Origin: Octopus bimaculoides
Taxonomy: Eukaryota
Assembly (NCBI RefSeq): GCF_001194135.2
Contig: NC_068998.1
Coordinates: 823,964-887,963 of the forward strand
Length of the DNA: 64,000 nucleotides
Reading direction: 5' to 3'
Positions 41,570 to 52,875 of the stretch are shown here, piece by piece. The translations under genes and the position numbers were made by a program. Below the pieces are notes generated by a model, which was not told the origin of the DNA, searched no databases, and was given only the letters and a program-made list of their open reading frames with translations. Positions within the stretch are counted from its first letter, which is position 1. Every line of letters starts with the position of its first letter.

Positions 41570-41960
41570 CTTTGATAACTTCGATCCTTCTGTGTTTGTG
41601 TGTGAGAGAGTAGGGACTCTCAGAGCTGACATGAATCGCTTCCATGGCGACTGCATTTGAGCGGGAGTGCTTCGGACGTGTGCTACACACAGAACACAAA
41701 ATGAACAGCTTTACCAGACAGCAAATTAACAAAAACGCTGGCAAAGAGGAACCACTCTTTGCATTGGCACGAAAGACACGAAAGCTTTCCTGGGATGGTC
41801 ACGTGTGCCGCCTCAGCTCCCTGTCCAAAATCATGATTCGCAGCACAATTGACGATTGGAACGAAAGACCAGCCAAACAGAGAATCCTGGCCTGAGGGCA
41901 TCACAGACTGGACAGACCACAACACCGCAAACCCTGCCATGCATGACAAAGAACAGGGAG
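41570..41960 (+). mobile_element. RTE-like LINE 3' fragment
   Basis: AFERECFGRVL...KMNSFTRQQINKNAGKEEPLFALARKTRKLSWDGHVCR...KIMIRSTIDD. Confidence 0.7.
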
Positions 41961-42032
41961 TCAGTGGCAACAGGTGATTGCAAAAGCGTCAAGAGTGGCA
42001 CCGCGACGGTGGACTGCACCGGTTTAAGGGAT

Positions 42033-42074
<42 letters not shown>

Positions 42075-42613
42075 GATGGTGTTTCCATCCCTTTTTTTTA
42101 GACCCCTTGCTTATAAAAACAAAACAAATAGTCCTTGTATCCCCTTTGATATACTCCTTATTTATATACACACAGTGTGCATCCTTTTAAGTTTTCATCT
42201 TATTCATATATAGACACAAGGAAAGATTCTGACTTTGAGGGAAGGATACAAAAAAACAGAAAATACTTAAAGGATGACACGAAAGTCTTATGTCATTAGA
42301 ATAGTTTTCGTTATTTAATAAAACTCCAACGCAAAACATAACCTTTACATCAGGAAAATATCATTTAAAATATTTATTTTAAAGAGAGCCTGGATGTGTA
42401 AGAATGAGCCGAAACTCTTTTAAAATGATATTTTTGTATATTGTTATCAGAATAGTTGTATTCTACATTTTTGATAACATCTCTAGCGCCGAAGTTGTGT
42501 GAGGCTCCAAACTGTAGTTATGCCTTTATATTATATATTTTTGCCCGGTTTACTTTGCTAAAGAGGCGTCCAAGCACAACAGAAGCTTATTTCTATTTCT
42601 AGGTTTCCGAAGC

Positions 42614-43199
42614 GGGTAATCTTCTAGTTTCGAGAGGTAAAAGAAATAAATAAAAATATTCAAGGGAAATAACTGAACGACTTACCAGTATTATCCGTAC
42701 TACTTTTTCTCTAAAACAGCATGCGACGGTTTTTTTTTTTTATAAAAGTTTAAAATGTTTTTTCTTTTTACAAACAGCATGCGACTTTTTTCTTTTTCCA
42801 AAACAGAAACGAAATGGTTTGCAGAAGTACCCGAATGAACGGAGTCAAAAACAACAGGCAGAAAAGAATCTAAAACAGCATGCGACGGAATTTTTTTTTA
42901 TTAAAGTTTAAAATGTTTTTTGCTTTCCATTTTTCCTCTAATATTAATTCACGAGTGAGGATTTCGTTTTCAGCAACAATAAGATGTTGTGCAGCCGGTC
43001 TTCCACGAGGCATTTTCGATTTCTCATAAGAAACTATGATATTCAATCACGTGTGTGATTTACATATAAACAGTTAACGTCAATCAAATCACGTGATTTA
43101 TTTATAAACAAAGTAGTACGGATAATACGGGTAAGACGTTCAGTTATTTCCCTTGTATTTTATTTACTTTTTTAACCTCTCGAAACTGGAAGATTACCC
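42614..43199. mobile_element. Fold-back / MITE-like element with ~90-bp inverted arms
   Basis: 42614-42706 is the reverse complement of 43110-43199 with few mismatches (GGGTAATCTTC...CAAGGGAAATAACTGAACG...ATTATCCGTACTACTTT). The interior has three AAACAGCATGCGAC repeats. Confidence 0.75.
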
Positions 43200-43229
43200 C
43201 TAAGCGGAACATTTTAATATTAAGAAATT

Positions 43230-43560
43230 ATTTTGACTCGAATTTGTTAAGAAAAAGGAGAAAGAGAGAGAGAGAGAGTGTGTGTGTGAAAGAAAGAGTA
43301 AGAGAGAAAATGAAAGAGAAGGTAAGAGAGTGAAAGAAAGAATAAAAGAGAAAAAGAAAAGAGGGGTGTGAGAGCGTAAAAGAGAAAAGAAAAGATAGAA
43401 TAAGAAAGAGAGACAAAGGGAGAGGGATAAAACACGGAGTGAGGGTAAGAGATAGAATAAGAGTGAGGTAGAGAGAGAGTAAGAGTAAAAATAAAAGAAA
43501 GAGAGAAAGTGAATAATAGAAAGAAAGAGTGTAAGAGAGAGAGGGGGAGGGGGAGAGTAT
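43230..43560. repeat. Purine-rich (GA/GAA) low-complexity tract immediately upstream of candidate promoter
   Basis: About 330 nt of almost only A/G on the + strand. Confidence 0.8.
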
Positions 43561-43569
43561 TGAGCGGTT

Positions 43570-43776
43570 TATTGCTGACTTCCGGTAAATGTTGAGTTGA
43601 ACGGAAGTGCGCGAGATTCAAACGCTGGAGTGTCAAAGTTAAAGAAAAACTGTTTCATCAGCGATTCGTTAATTAATTAATTAACAATCTGGATTAATTG
43701 AGTGTCGATTGCTGTTGTTGTGGTGGTGACAGTAATTGTAGTTGTTCTTATTGTTGTTGTACATCAAACGGTAAGT
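43570..43776 (+). promoter_or_regulatory. Candidate haspin promoter and non-coding first exon
   Basis: CpG-containing patch with inverted ETS sites (ACTTCCGG 43578-43585, CGGAAGTG 43602-43609), a TGCGC-GAGA-TTCAAA CDE/CHR-like element (43608-43622) and a strong donor CG|GTAAGT at 43771. The ATG exon is preceded by an acceptor, which implies an upstream UTR exon. Confidence 0.5.
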
Positions 43777-44687
43777 TGACGAAAGATTTGAGTAAATAAC
43801 AGAAGCCCCCCCCCTTCTCTCTTTTTCTCTCGTTTCAGGAATTTTTTATCGGAAAGAAATAATATTAAGATCACCGAAAGAAAGAAATAATAAAGTTAAG
43901 ATCATCTTCCAGCGGGATAAAAAGAAACTGATTAACATTGTTCGTTTGTGTTGACGAAGGAAATAAGATTTAAGAACATGTTTGATCGGTTTAAGACGAG
44001 AGAAATATATTCGATACGATTCAGATGAATCTTAAGATTGCGATGTGTGAAGCAAAAAATGTTGGTTGAAGCCAACATTTCATCCTCTCCACGTCTCTCA
44101 GCTGTCGGGTCTTCGATGTTCCACTGGATCAAGAATGGAAGAACCGAGAAGTCGATGTCGGTTCGCGATGACATTTGACATCGAAAACAATCTGCGAAAT
44201 CCTGATAACTTGCTACAAAGACATACACACGGATAATGACCGCTGTGGTCATTGGAGGTGTATGTAAATCAACATACATAAATGTATATATATATATATA
44301 TATAAGCACATGCAAATATATCTGTGTGTGTGTACACAGATATATAACAAATAGTGAGGGATTATCAATCTGGGCAAAATACTTGGCAAGTTCTCTGTTG
44401 GCACACCAGGGTAACGCTATTATTCAGATTAGTGAAGAACTCTGGGTAATCTTGTGGCAGGGTCCAAGGCGATGGTTCGTCACAATTCTATATTGTAAAC
44501 CCGTGCATGGCAACAACCTTGGCAGGGTTACTTTATACCTAACAATATTATGTGTATGTCTGTATCCCAGAAACAGCTGGAAGACTTTGAATTTTTTTTT
44601 TTCCCCAATAATAATAATGTATATAAATTGAGATGTTTGCCTTGCCTTAACGTTTGTTGTCCTCTTTAACAATTATATATATTATAT

Positions 44688-44793
44688 AAGCCTAAAGCTT
44701 ATGGCAATCACCGTGCAAGGACAAAGGAAAATGGTTTAATAAAGGAGCATTTTCCTTAGTCGTTGCATGGTGATTGTCATAAGCTTCAGGCTT
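44688..44793. other. Compact hairpin: 46-bp stem, 14-nt loop
   Basis: 44688-44733 pairs with 44748-44793 on the + strand: 41 Watson-Crick pairs, 2 G-U and 3 mismatches. Confidence 0.85.
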
Positions 44794-44859
44794 ATTTAAA
44801 ATACCATTATTATTATTTACAAGATAGTAAAACACTGCACATACAAAAACTATCTTGCT

Positions 44860-45705
44860 AGTTAGCCTTCCTTTGATATTGCTGCACCTCTTATGTGTCC
44901 ATAGCTTACACTGGGTACATCTTATAGAGTTTCTACCTACTCATTTTCTACAGGTTGAGCAGGGCTATCTACCTGAAGGGGTTTGTGGTTTGTCTACCTT
45001 CCTACTTATTAGGACTTTGGTTTTAGCTACGTTGACTCTAAGGCCCTTTGATTCTAGTCCCTGCTTCCACACCTGAAACTTCTCCTCTAGTTCTGATAGT
45101 GACTCAGCAATTAGTGCAAGGTTATCAGCATAGAGGAGCTCCTAGGGGCATCCTGTCTTGAATTCCTCTGTTATAGCCTGGAGGACTATGATAAATAGGA
45201 GGGGGCTGAGGACTGAACCTTGGTGGACCCCTACCTCTACCCAGAATTCTTCACTGTACTCGTTGCCAACCCTCACCTTACTGACAACATCCCTATCCCT
45301 GTACATGTCTCGCACAGCTCTCACTAACCATTCATCTATCCCTAGTTACCTCATTGACCACCAGATAAGGGAGCGGGGGACTCTGTCAAAAGCTTTCTCC
45401 ATGTCAATGAAAGCCAGGTACAGAGGTTTATCCTTAGCTAGGTATTTCTCCTGCAGCTGTCTTACCAGAAATATGGCATCAGTGGTGCTTTTCCCTCACA
45501 CGAATCCAAACTACATCTCATCTAAACTGACTCTCTCCTCATTAGTTGGGCTATGACCCTCTCCGTGACTTTCATTACCTGATCAAACAACTTGATACCT
45601 CTGTAATTATTTGTATCTAATGCATCACCTTTACCTTTGTAGCAGTTGACTATGGTTCTGCTACACCAGTCATTGGGTATGACTCCTTCGTGTATCATCT
45701 GGTTA
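44860..45705 (-). mobile_element. RTE-like LINE reverse transcriptase fragment (antisense in putative haspin 5' intron)
   Basis: NYRGIKL, STTDAIFLVRQLQEKYLAKDKPLYLAFIDMEKAFDRVPR, VGVHQGSVLSPLLFII, ELLYADNLAL, GLRVNVAKTKV, with internal stops. Confidence 0.92.
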
Positions 45706-46028
45706 AACTATACGCGTGACCAGGCTATAGCTGACACTGCCAGATATATATATATATATAGATATATATATATATATGATATTTACCATGTGAACTACAA
45801 TGAAAAAAATATGAGAGAGATATGGTGTACAATTTTTTTTGTGCAGAGGTTCCTTGAGACATGTAATTTTAAAGGTTACGCAAGGGTAAAACGGGCTTTT
45901 TTATGGATATGGTAGGTCCCACTCCTCACCTTTCAACTACTAAACATTGACATGCTTTCAGCACTTCTCCTCTATCTGATGTGTATATTATTTATCTTTG
46001 TTTCTAGCAGTGACCATTCCATGACTTC

Positions 46029-46198
46029 ATGGAGAGTAAAAAGGAGAAAGTTGTGAAAACCTATGGCAGACACAGGTCCCGTGTGATTAGGACCGACGTC
46101 TGGGAAGATAATGTAAAGAAAACTAAACAGACTCTGTTTAGTGGTTCCAATAGCCTCACTCCAGATGAAGATTTTGTAACAACCAGGAAAGCAAACTT
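46029..46198 (+). CDS. HASPIN: Haspin coding exon 1 (MESKKEKVVKTYGRHRSRVIRTDVWED...)
   Basis: ATG at 46029 lies just after an acceptor (tttctagcag, 46001-46010). Donor gtgagt at 46199. Phase 2 matches the next exon. Carries the KTYGR motif typical of haspin N-termini. Confidence 0.8.
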
Positions 46199-49100
46199 GT
46201 GAGTATCTTTGATGGTGATGTTCCCTGCCTCCACCTCTTTTTGAAATGGTTTTTTTTATATTCTACAACTTGGAAACTGTTGATTGATAATAACTGGGAG
46301 GGGATTTTTCGAGACCCTCCCAGTGGTTAGCAATTGTTCTTTAGTGCTAAACAAATGAGTGAGACATTTCTCCTCTGTATAAGATGCTTGTCTGTGCCAG
46401 GTGTTGTCCCTTGAAGATCTTGTCAAGTTATTGAGCTCATCATATACTGCAGAGCCATAGGTATTGCTGAAACGACTGCTGTGGCTCTTAAAATCAAGGT
46501 TTAAATGTTGTTCTGAATCCTATACCATATCGTTTGTTTTACTTGTCTCTCTCTCCAGTAAGGGGTTTCTATCTCTGCTCACCCTGTGCTGTCGATTTAT
46601 TTTGCATTCTGCCTTCTTGACAAAGTTTGACCCAAGATGGAAACGAAACCCTGTTAAAAGATGGAAATGTTGTCAGCTAACCCTAAGTGACACCTTAATC
46701 TAACTTGGATATTTAGAAGCCATCAAACCAGTCTTACCTGTTTTGACCGGATATTCTCTGCAATGGTCCCATCTCAGACTTTTCACCTTTCCTCTGCAGC
46801 ATCCTGACCTTCTCTTAAGGTTTCTCTCTTTATTCCAATCACTACAACTTTGGCCCCTGATGCACACCACACCCACTGCAGCCCTGTAGTTACTGTTTGT
46901 GGCTTTGTGGTCCCTAGCCATCCCTTTGTTCTACCAAAAACTGTTAAGAATGCAAGCATGAGGTAACTTAAAATTTCTTTTCCAATTAATGTTTGTTTTA
47001 CATTTTTTTTTTTTTGTCCAGGAAAAAAAGAAAGGCAAAGAAATCAAAACCCGAACATGAAAAAGAGAATAGATGCTACAAAGAGAAGAGAAGAAATGAG
47101 GAGAAATTATTTTTTGATAAAGTAAGGATGTTAGCATTTGATCCTTTGATGTCAGAATTGGATCTAGCTTTTAAAGAACGTGTCACCTGATTCTTTCATG
47201 TTAAACTGATTGTTTTTGGTAGAATGTCCAATGCTTATGTCTGCATAAGTCTGCCATTAGTTATTCTTTGGTGATATGGTCGAATTTACTGCTAAACTGT
47301 GTTTCAGAATAGAACCCCCTGGTCCATATTTTCTCTGCTCAGGGGTACCTGCCATATCATCTGAAACTTAAATTTTAAGACTAGCATTATATCCAGAGAG
47401 ACATTTCTCTCTCTCTCTCTCTCCCTTCTTATACCATAAAGCACTGAACCCCTTAAATAGGGTAACGGCTGAGAAGATATTTATTTTTATACTGTTATTG
47501 ATTAATTATTTCTTCATATGCATTGCCAGTTTTGATTTGCAATATTGCAAATTTCCTCCTCTTCCCTCCATTTCACAACAAATTCTCACAACATCAGGCT
47601 ATAAAGCAAACCACTCACTTATTATTCTGGCTGTGATAATAGTTTTAAGTGGTTTTTTTTCCAATTATAACAGTTGTCAACCCCTGAATGTTCAGCCTTA
47701 GAATCTATTTTATCATTCATTGGTGAAAACAGTGTAAACTTTTCCAAAGTCCTTGGCAAGAAACCTCTCATTGTAACTTCATCGTTATTATTAATTAATT
47801 AAATAATTAGCTTATATCAAAGAACCTTATTAACTGTGACTTGTGTATTTCACTGGTTGTAGAGAGTCTGCATAGACATTACCCTTTCCTCCACACCAAA
47901 CTGAATGACCAGCCTTGGACATTGTTTAATTCTAGTCATTATTTAACTTTAATTATATATATATTTTTTATTTATTTCAGGATTTTGTATCCAGTTTCTC
48001 TGATTCTTTCAAAGGATCTTCTCCAAGAAATATCAAACATTTACCAAAATCAACCAAGAAAATTGTTCCTCCATCAACTCGTAAAAAAAGACTTCCCAAC
48101 TGGACAAAGCTGAAGACATGTTCCCCTGATTTATTCAAAGAATCGAATGAGAAAAGTGTTTCGATGCACTTCAGTGATTTTGACAACTATGAATTGTGCA
48201 TCTCTGAGTCACCAATTGCAGCTAATCCATATGCAGAAAATTTCCCCAGAGTTACTCGTCTGACAACTAACAGTTCTGATCAATTGTCTGAGACAAATGA
48301 TTCCAATTATTTCTTGAGAAATAAACAACATGAAGAAGCACGAGATGATGTGTTTGTTGGCACCCGAGCGAAAAAGACAAAAATTACCACCAGTACTCCT
48401 TCATATTTACCTGTAGTCAGGCTGGAGCATAGCGCTGAAATTGAGGAGCATCTTAATAATTTAAGAAACACTAGCAGAGAAAATGGATCATTTCTAAATA
48501 GTTACAGAGATGAAAGCTTAGAGCGAAATCTCGAAAATGCTGCTAATTCTAGCAGTATGTTTTCATCTTCAATGAGAAGTGGACGCCATCCTACTTCTTC
48601 TCCTCGACACAGCCAAAAAAATAATAATTGCAAAGACAATAGTAATAGCAGCGGCAACTCTGCCGAGGCTTACTCTAGTGCCAAGAGTAGTCCTTTTGAT
48701 TGTGTTGTTCAGTTGAAAAAACTCGATGCTGGAGTTGAACAATTGTTAAGTGCAGAAAGCTACATCAGCTGTGAGGATTATACTCCGAGTTTGTTTGAGA
48801 ACAGTTTTACTGACAGGAAATCTAGACGAGACAAACTCTTGAGAAAGAAGCAATTGTCTTTGCTGTTGAGTTCTTGTGCTCATTGCTCACTGGATCAGCC
48901 ATGTGGAAACGATTGTGCCTACATGAAATACATAGTGAGTTCAAGGCCCATCTTTGACCTCCTCACTGACGTTAGGGATAATAGTGACCCTTGTCTCAAT
49001 TCAGGTGAATTTGATTCCTCTGCAGAACGGATTGAGGCTCATAGCCTTGGGAGAAGATCAAAGTGGCAGGACGGTGATGATGTGTTCCCTAATGTAAGTA

Positions 49101-52100
49101 TTGAGCATATAAATAGCCTTCTGGAGATTGTGTCGTTGTCTAGTGATGAGGCGGCGTCAGAAAAGGATGACGTCAGCATGGAGAACAGTGGAGATTTGTC
49201 ACTAAATGACATAAGAGAAGAAGAGGAGGAGGAAGATGAAGAAGAAATTTGTTCAGAACTTGGCTCATCAGATTCCTCAGCCTCTGCAATACATTCTGAG
49301 AACCAAAAGAAACAGCATTTCCAATCAAATATTGTACAGCGCAGTCCTTATGAAACTCGTGGCAGTAAAATAAACAGCAAACTGGAAAATGGTTCCAGAC
49401 AAACTGTGATAAAAGCAGATCTATCTGAGGAGGACTACGATGATGACGATGATGACGATGATGATGATGATGATGATGGTAATAACAGTGATGATTCTGG
49501 CCATGTCGCTGACACTGAACATTCCATTTCCCATTTATCCAACAGTCAGCTGACTCCAAGTAGGAAGAGCTTATTGGTAAGTTTTTTTATTTAGTATTAT
49601 GAATTGTTGTTTTGTCATCATCTTTTATTTAGTGTCGACAAAATATATACCAGTCATATACTGGAGTAGTTGGAGGTGGTGTGGTGGTGGGGGGTGTTCA
49701 CCTGACAGGCTAACACCACTCCCTTCATGTAAAAAAGCACCCAATATACTTTGGGAAGAGCAACCAGCAGCAGAAACCTGCCAAAACAGACGATGGAATC
49801 TTTATCTGTGTGTCTCTTCCTCCCTCTCTCTCTCATAAATAAATAAATAAATAACATGTCCTGTTGTTACCCACCTCTCACCTCTGTCACATTTGTCACC
49901 AGGTCATCCTGTCACCCATCAAGTGTCCACTTTCTCCAAAATCCAAAATATTGAAGCAGTGCCAACAGGATCGATTTATTTCATTCACTGACTGCATCGA
50001 ACCAGAGTAAGTCTTTTTTTGATTGATTGTTTCTTTTTAATTAGATTTAATTAGTTATCAAATAATTGTCATTATGAAATAGGCACACGTATGACTAAGA
50101 TGGTTTGGAAGTTTGTTTCTCTGTCACATGGTTTCAGGGTCAATTCCACTGTACAGTACCTTGAACAAGTGTCTTCTGCTTCTAGCTCCGGCCAACCAAT
50201 GCTTTGTGTGAATTTCAGAGAAGGAAACTGTATGAAGCCTGGAGTGTGTGCGCACACGTGTGTATGTGATGCATATGTCTGTCTGTGTGTATGTCAATGT
50301 GTCTATGAATGCGTAAATTCTTTTGTTTTGCATGTAAAAGTGTTGAGCTACAAATGGTGAAGATTGTTGACAGTTCTCTAGCATCAGACTATTTGAAAGA
50401 GCTCTGTGCCTTAGAAGACATGTCAAAGAAAGAATTCCTTATCTGAAAAACAGGCAAGAGTTACTTTCAGGAAGAGTATCTGGCTATAAAACAATGCTTC
50501 AATAATGTGTATGCTTCTAACCCATGCTGGCATAGAAAAATGGAACATCCAACAACACACCAAAGTGCCCATACCAGTGAATACTAGTGATATATTGGAG
50601 CCAATTGATTCTATGCCTCAGAAATAATTATTATAAACGATTATCTTTGTGTCATATAAATAAATCCTCCGTTTGTTTTGTTAGACCAGCAAAGCACCAG
50701 ATTAGATGTTTTATACTCTTCAATTAGATTATTTCAGTTGTAAGTCAGCTCTGTACTTCATTCCATCAGGAGCTTAATAAAATAAGGATTTGGTCCTGGG
50801 GTGCCTTTAACAGGATCAGGCAACTCAACATCAGTCTTTGAAACCCTAAAAAGCAGTCATGGGTGCTGTTCTCCCCTCTTCTGATCCATTGTAAAAAAGG
50901 TGATGGATGGTCAGCTTCCCATCTGTCCTTCCAGGCTTTGAGTATTTTTCATTCTGTTGCAGTGTTATGCAGAAATGTGTGAAGATTGGTGAAGGTGTGT
51001 ATGGAGAAGTTTTCCGAACAACTAAACATAAAAAGTCTGTGGCACTAAAAGTAAGTAACAGCTTTCTTTTTGTTTTTTTTGTTTTGTTTTTTTGTTTTTT
51101 TTTATGTTGTGCTTGAGAAAAAGACCCATCAAGCCAATTGAAATCATAGTTATGGCAGATACTGGTGTCACGCATCAGGCATCCATGCCGGTGGTGCGTA
51201 ACAGCACCCATTACACTCTTGGAGTGGTTGGCATTGATTAGGAAAGGCATCCAGCCATAGAAACCATGCCAAAACAGACTGGAGACTCGTGCAGCCCCTC
51301 AGCTTGCCAACCCATGATGATGATAGTGGTGGCAGTGTCGGCAGTGATTATCATTAGAAGTAAAGAGTCATCCATAAAGAGATTTTGTTCCAACCATCCT
51401 GTTTTTACAAACATTAAAAAGCAGCCCTAAAACAACAACAATGCCCACTTCCTCTATAATTTTGGGGGTTGTTGTTTTTTTTTATTCTCTTTGATATTCT
51501 TCTTTTATTGCAACGATAATTCCATTGAAGATCAGAATTCCTAACGTTTATCTGGATTATGTTTTCTTCTTCTTCAGATCATTCCAATTGAAGGTACCTT
51601 TAATGTTAATGATTGTGCACAGAAAACCTTTGGGGAGATGTTGCCAGAAATTGTGATCTCACAGTAAGTTTGCTTTTTTTTTTTTTATTATTATTATTGA
51701 GTGAAAGGGCAGTGCATGCCATCAAAGGGACACTGGGGTACGAATATATGAAGTCCAATATACCCATCATGACTACCCATCTGATAAGGGTACACCAGGC
51801 ACATGCATCACAACCACATGTGTGCGACATGGTGACCTCATATCAAGATAAACAACGCATGACCTCGCAGGTGGGGCCCAGTTAGAATTTTCTTCAGGTG
51901 AAGTGGCCCATCCCGCTCAAAAGGTCCCTGAATAAGGGTTGTTTAAGGATGTTGAATGAGACACCCATGTTTCCAGAGACGAAGTATCCAAACCCCAAAG
52001 AATTCCTCTCAATACATGGCTATGATGCTCCCCCACTGCTATTATTATTATTATTATTATTATTAAGGCATTGAGTTGGCAGAATTGTTAGCATGCTGGA

Positions 52101-52826
52101 CAAAATGCTTAGCAGCATTTCGTCCATCTTCACGTTCCGAGGTCAACTTTACCTTTCATCCTTTCAGGGTCAATAAATTTAGTACCAGTGAAACACTAGG
52201 GTTGATGTAACCTCATATCAAGATTTACAGCGCATGACCTTACAGGCCTTGTTTCCTATGTCTGGTCAGGTGATCGTACTGGATCATTGCATCCCACATG
52301 ATTTTGCAATTCTCATTCTCGGTGACTCCTGGGGTTTGCTCATACCTCATCTTTGTTCTTTGTAGGCCGTGATTTCTACAGAGATCACAACGGATCATTC
52401 TTGCCACATTGTCATGGCATCTTTTGTATTTGCGTTTTGCCAATTTTGGGCATTCACTAACAATGTGCCATACCGTTTCACCCCTCTCGCCATACATTCT
52501 GCATTTCTTGCTATCGGTAGTGCTGTCTATTCTGCATTTCATATAGTTGATCCTTGATGCTTGTTCTTTAGCTGCTCATATGAGTGCTTTTGTCTCTATC
52601 TTCAGGTCACTCTTCATCCATAGCCATTGGTACTCTGTATCTGTGTTGGCGTTCACATCTCTTGCAAACTGATCATACATTTCTCTCTCCTTATATAATA
52701 GTAGTAGTAGTAGCAGTAGTAGTAGTAGTATTCATTGCATAACTATGACTGTTTTGTTTCAACAGAGAACTCAGTGAATTACAGTTTGGTGTTGAGGACC
52801 AGACAAGAAATTTCATCTCCGTGAAC

Positions 52827-52875
<49 letters not shown>

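Noticed and set aside
46021-46056. Alternative ATG at 46021 as the haspin start
   Set aside because: That frame closes after 11 codons (TGA). It is at most a short overlapping uORF, and the ATG at 46029 gives the continuous spliced frame.
49577-49594. Stop at 49594 ending the 476-aa ORF as a standalone gene
   Set aside because: A perfect GTAAGT donor at 49577 splices in frame to the kinase exons, so the ORF is just exon 3 read into the intron.
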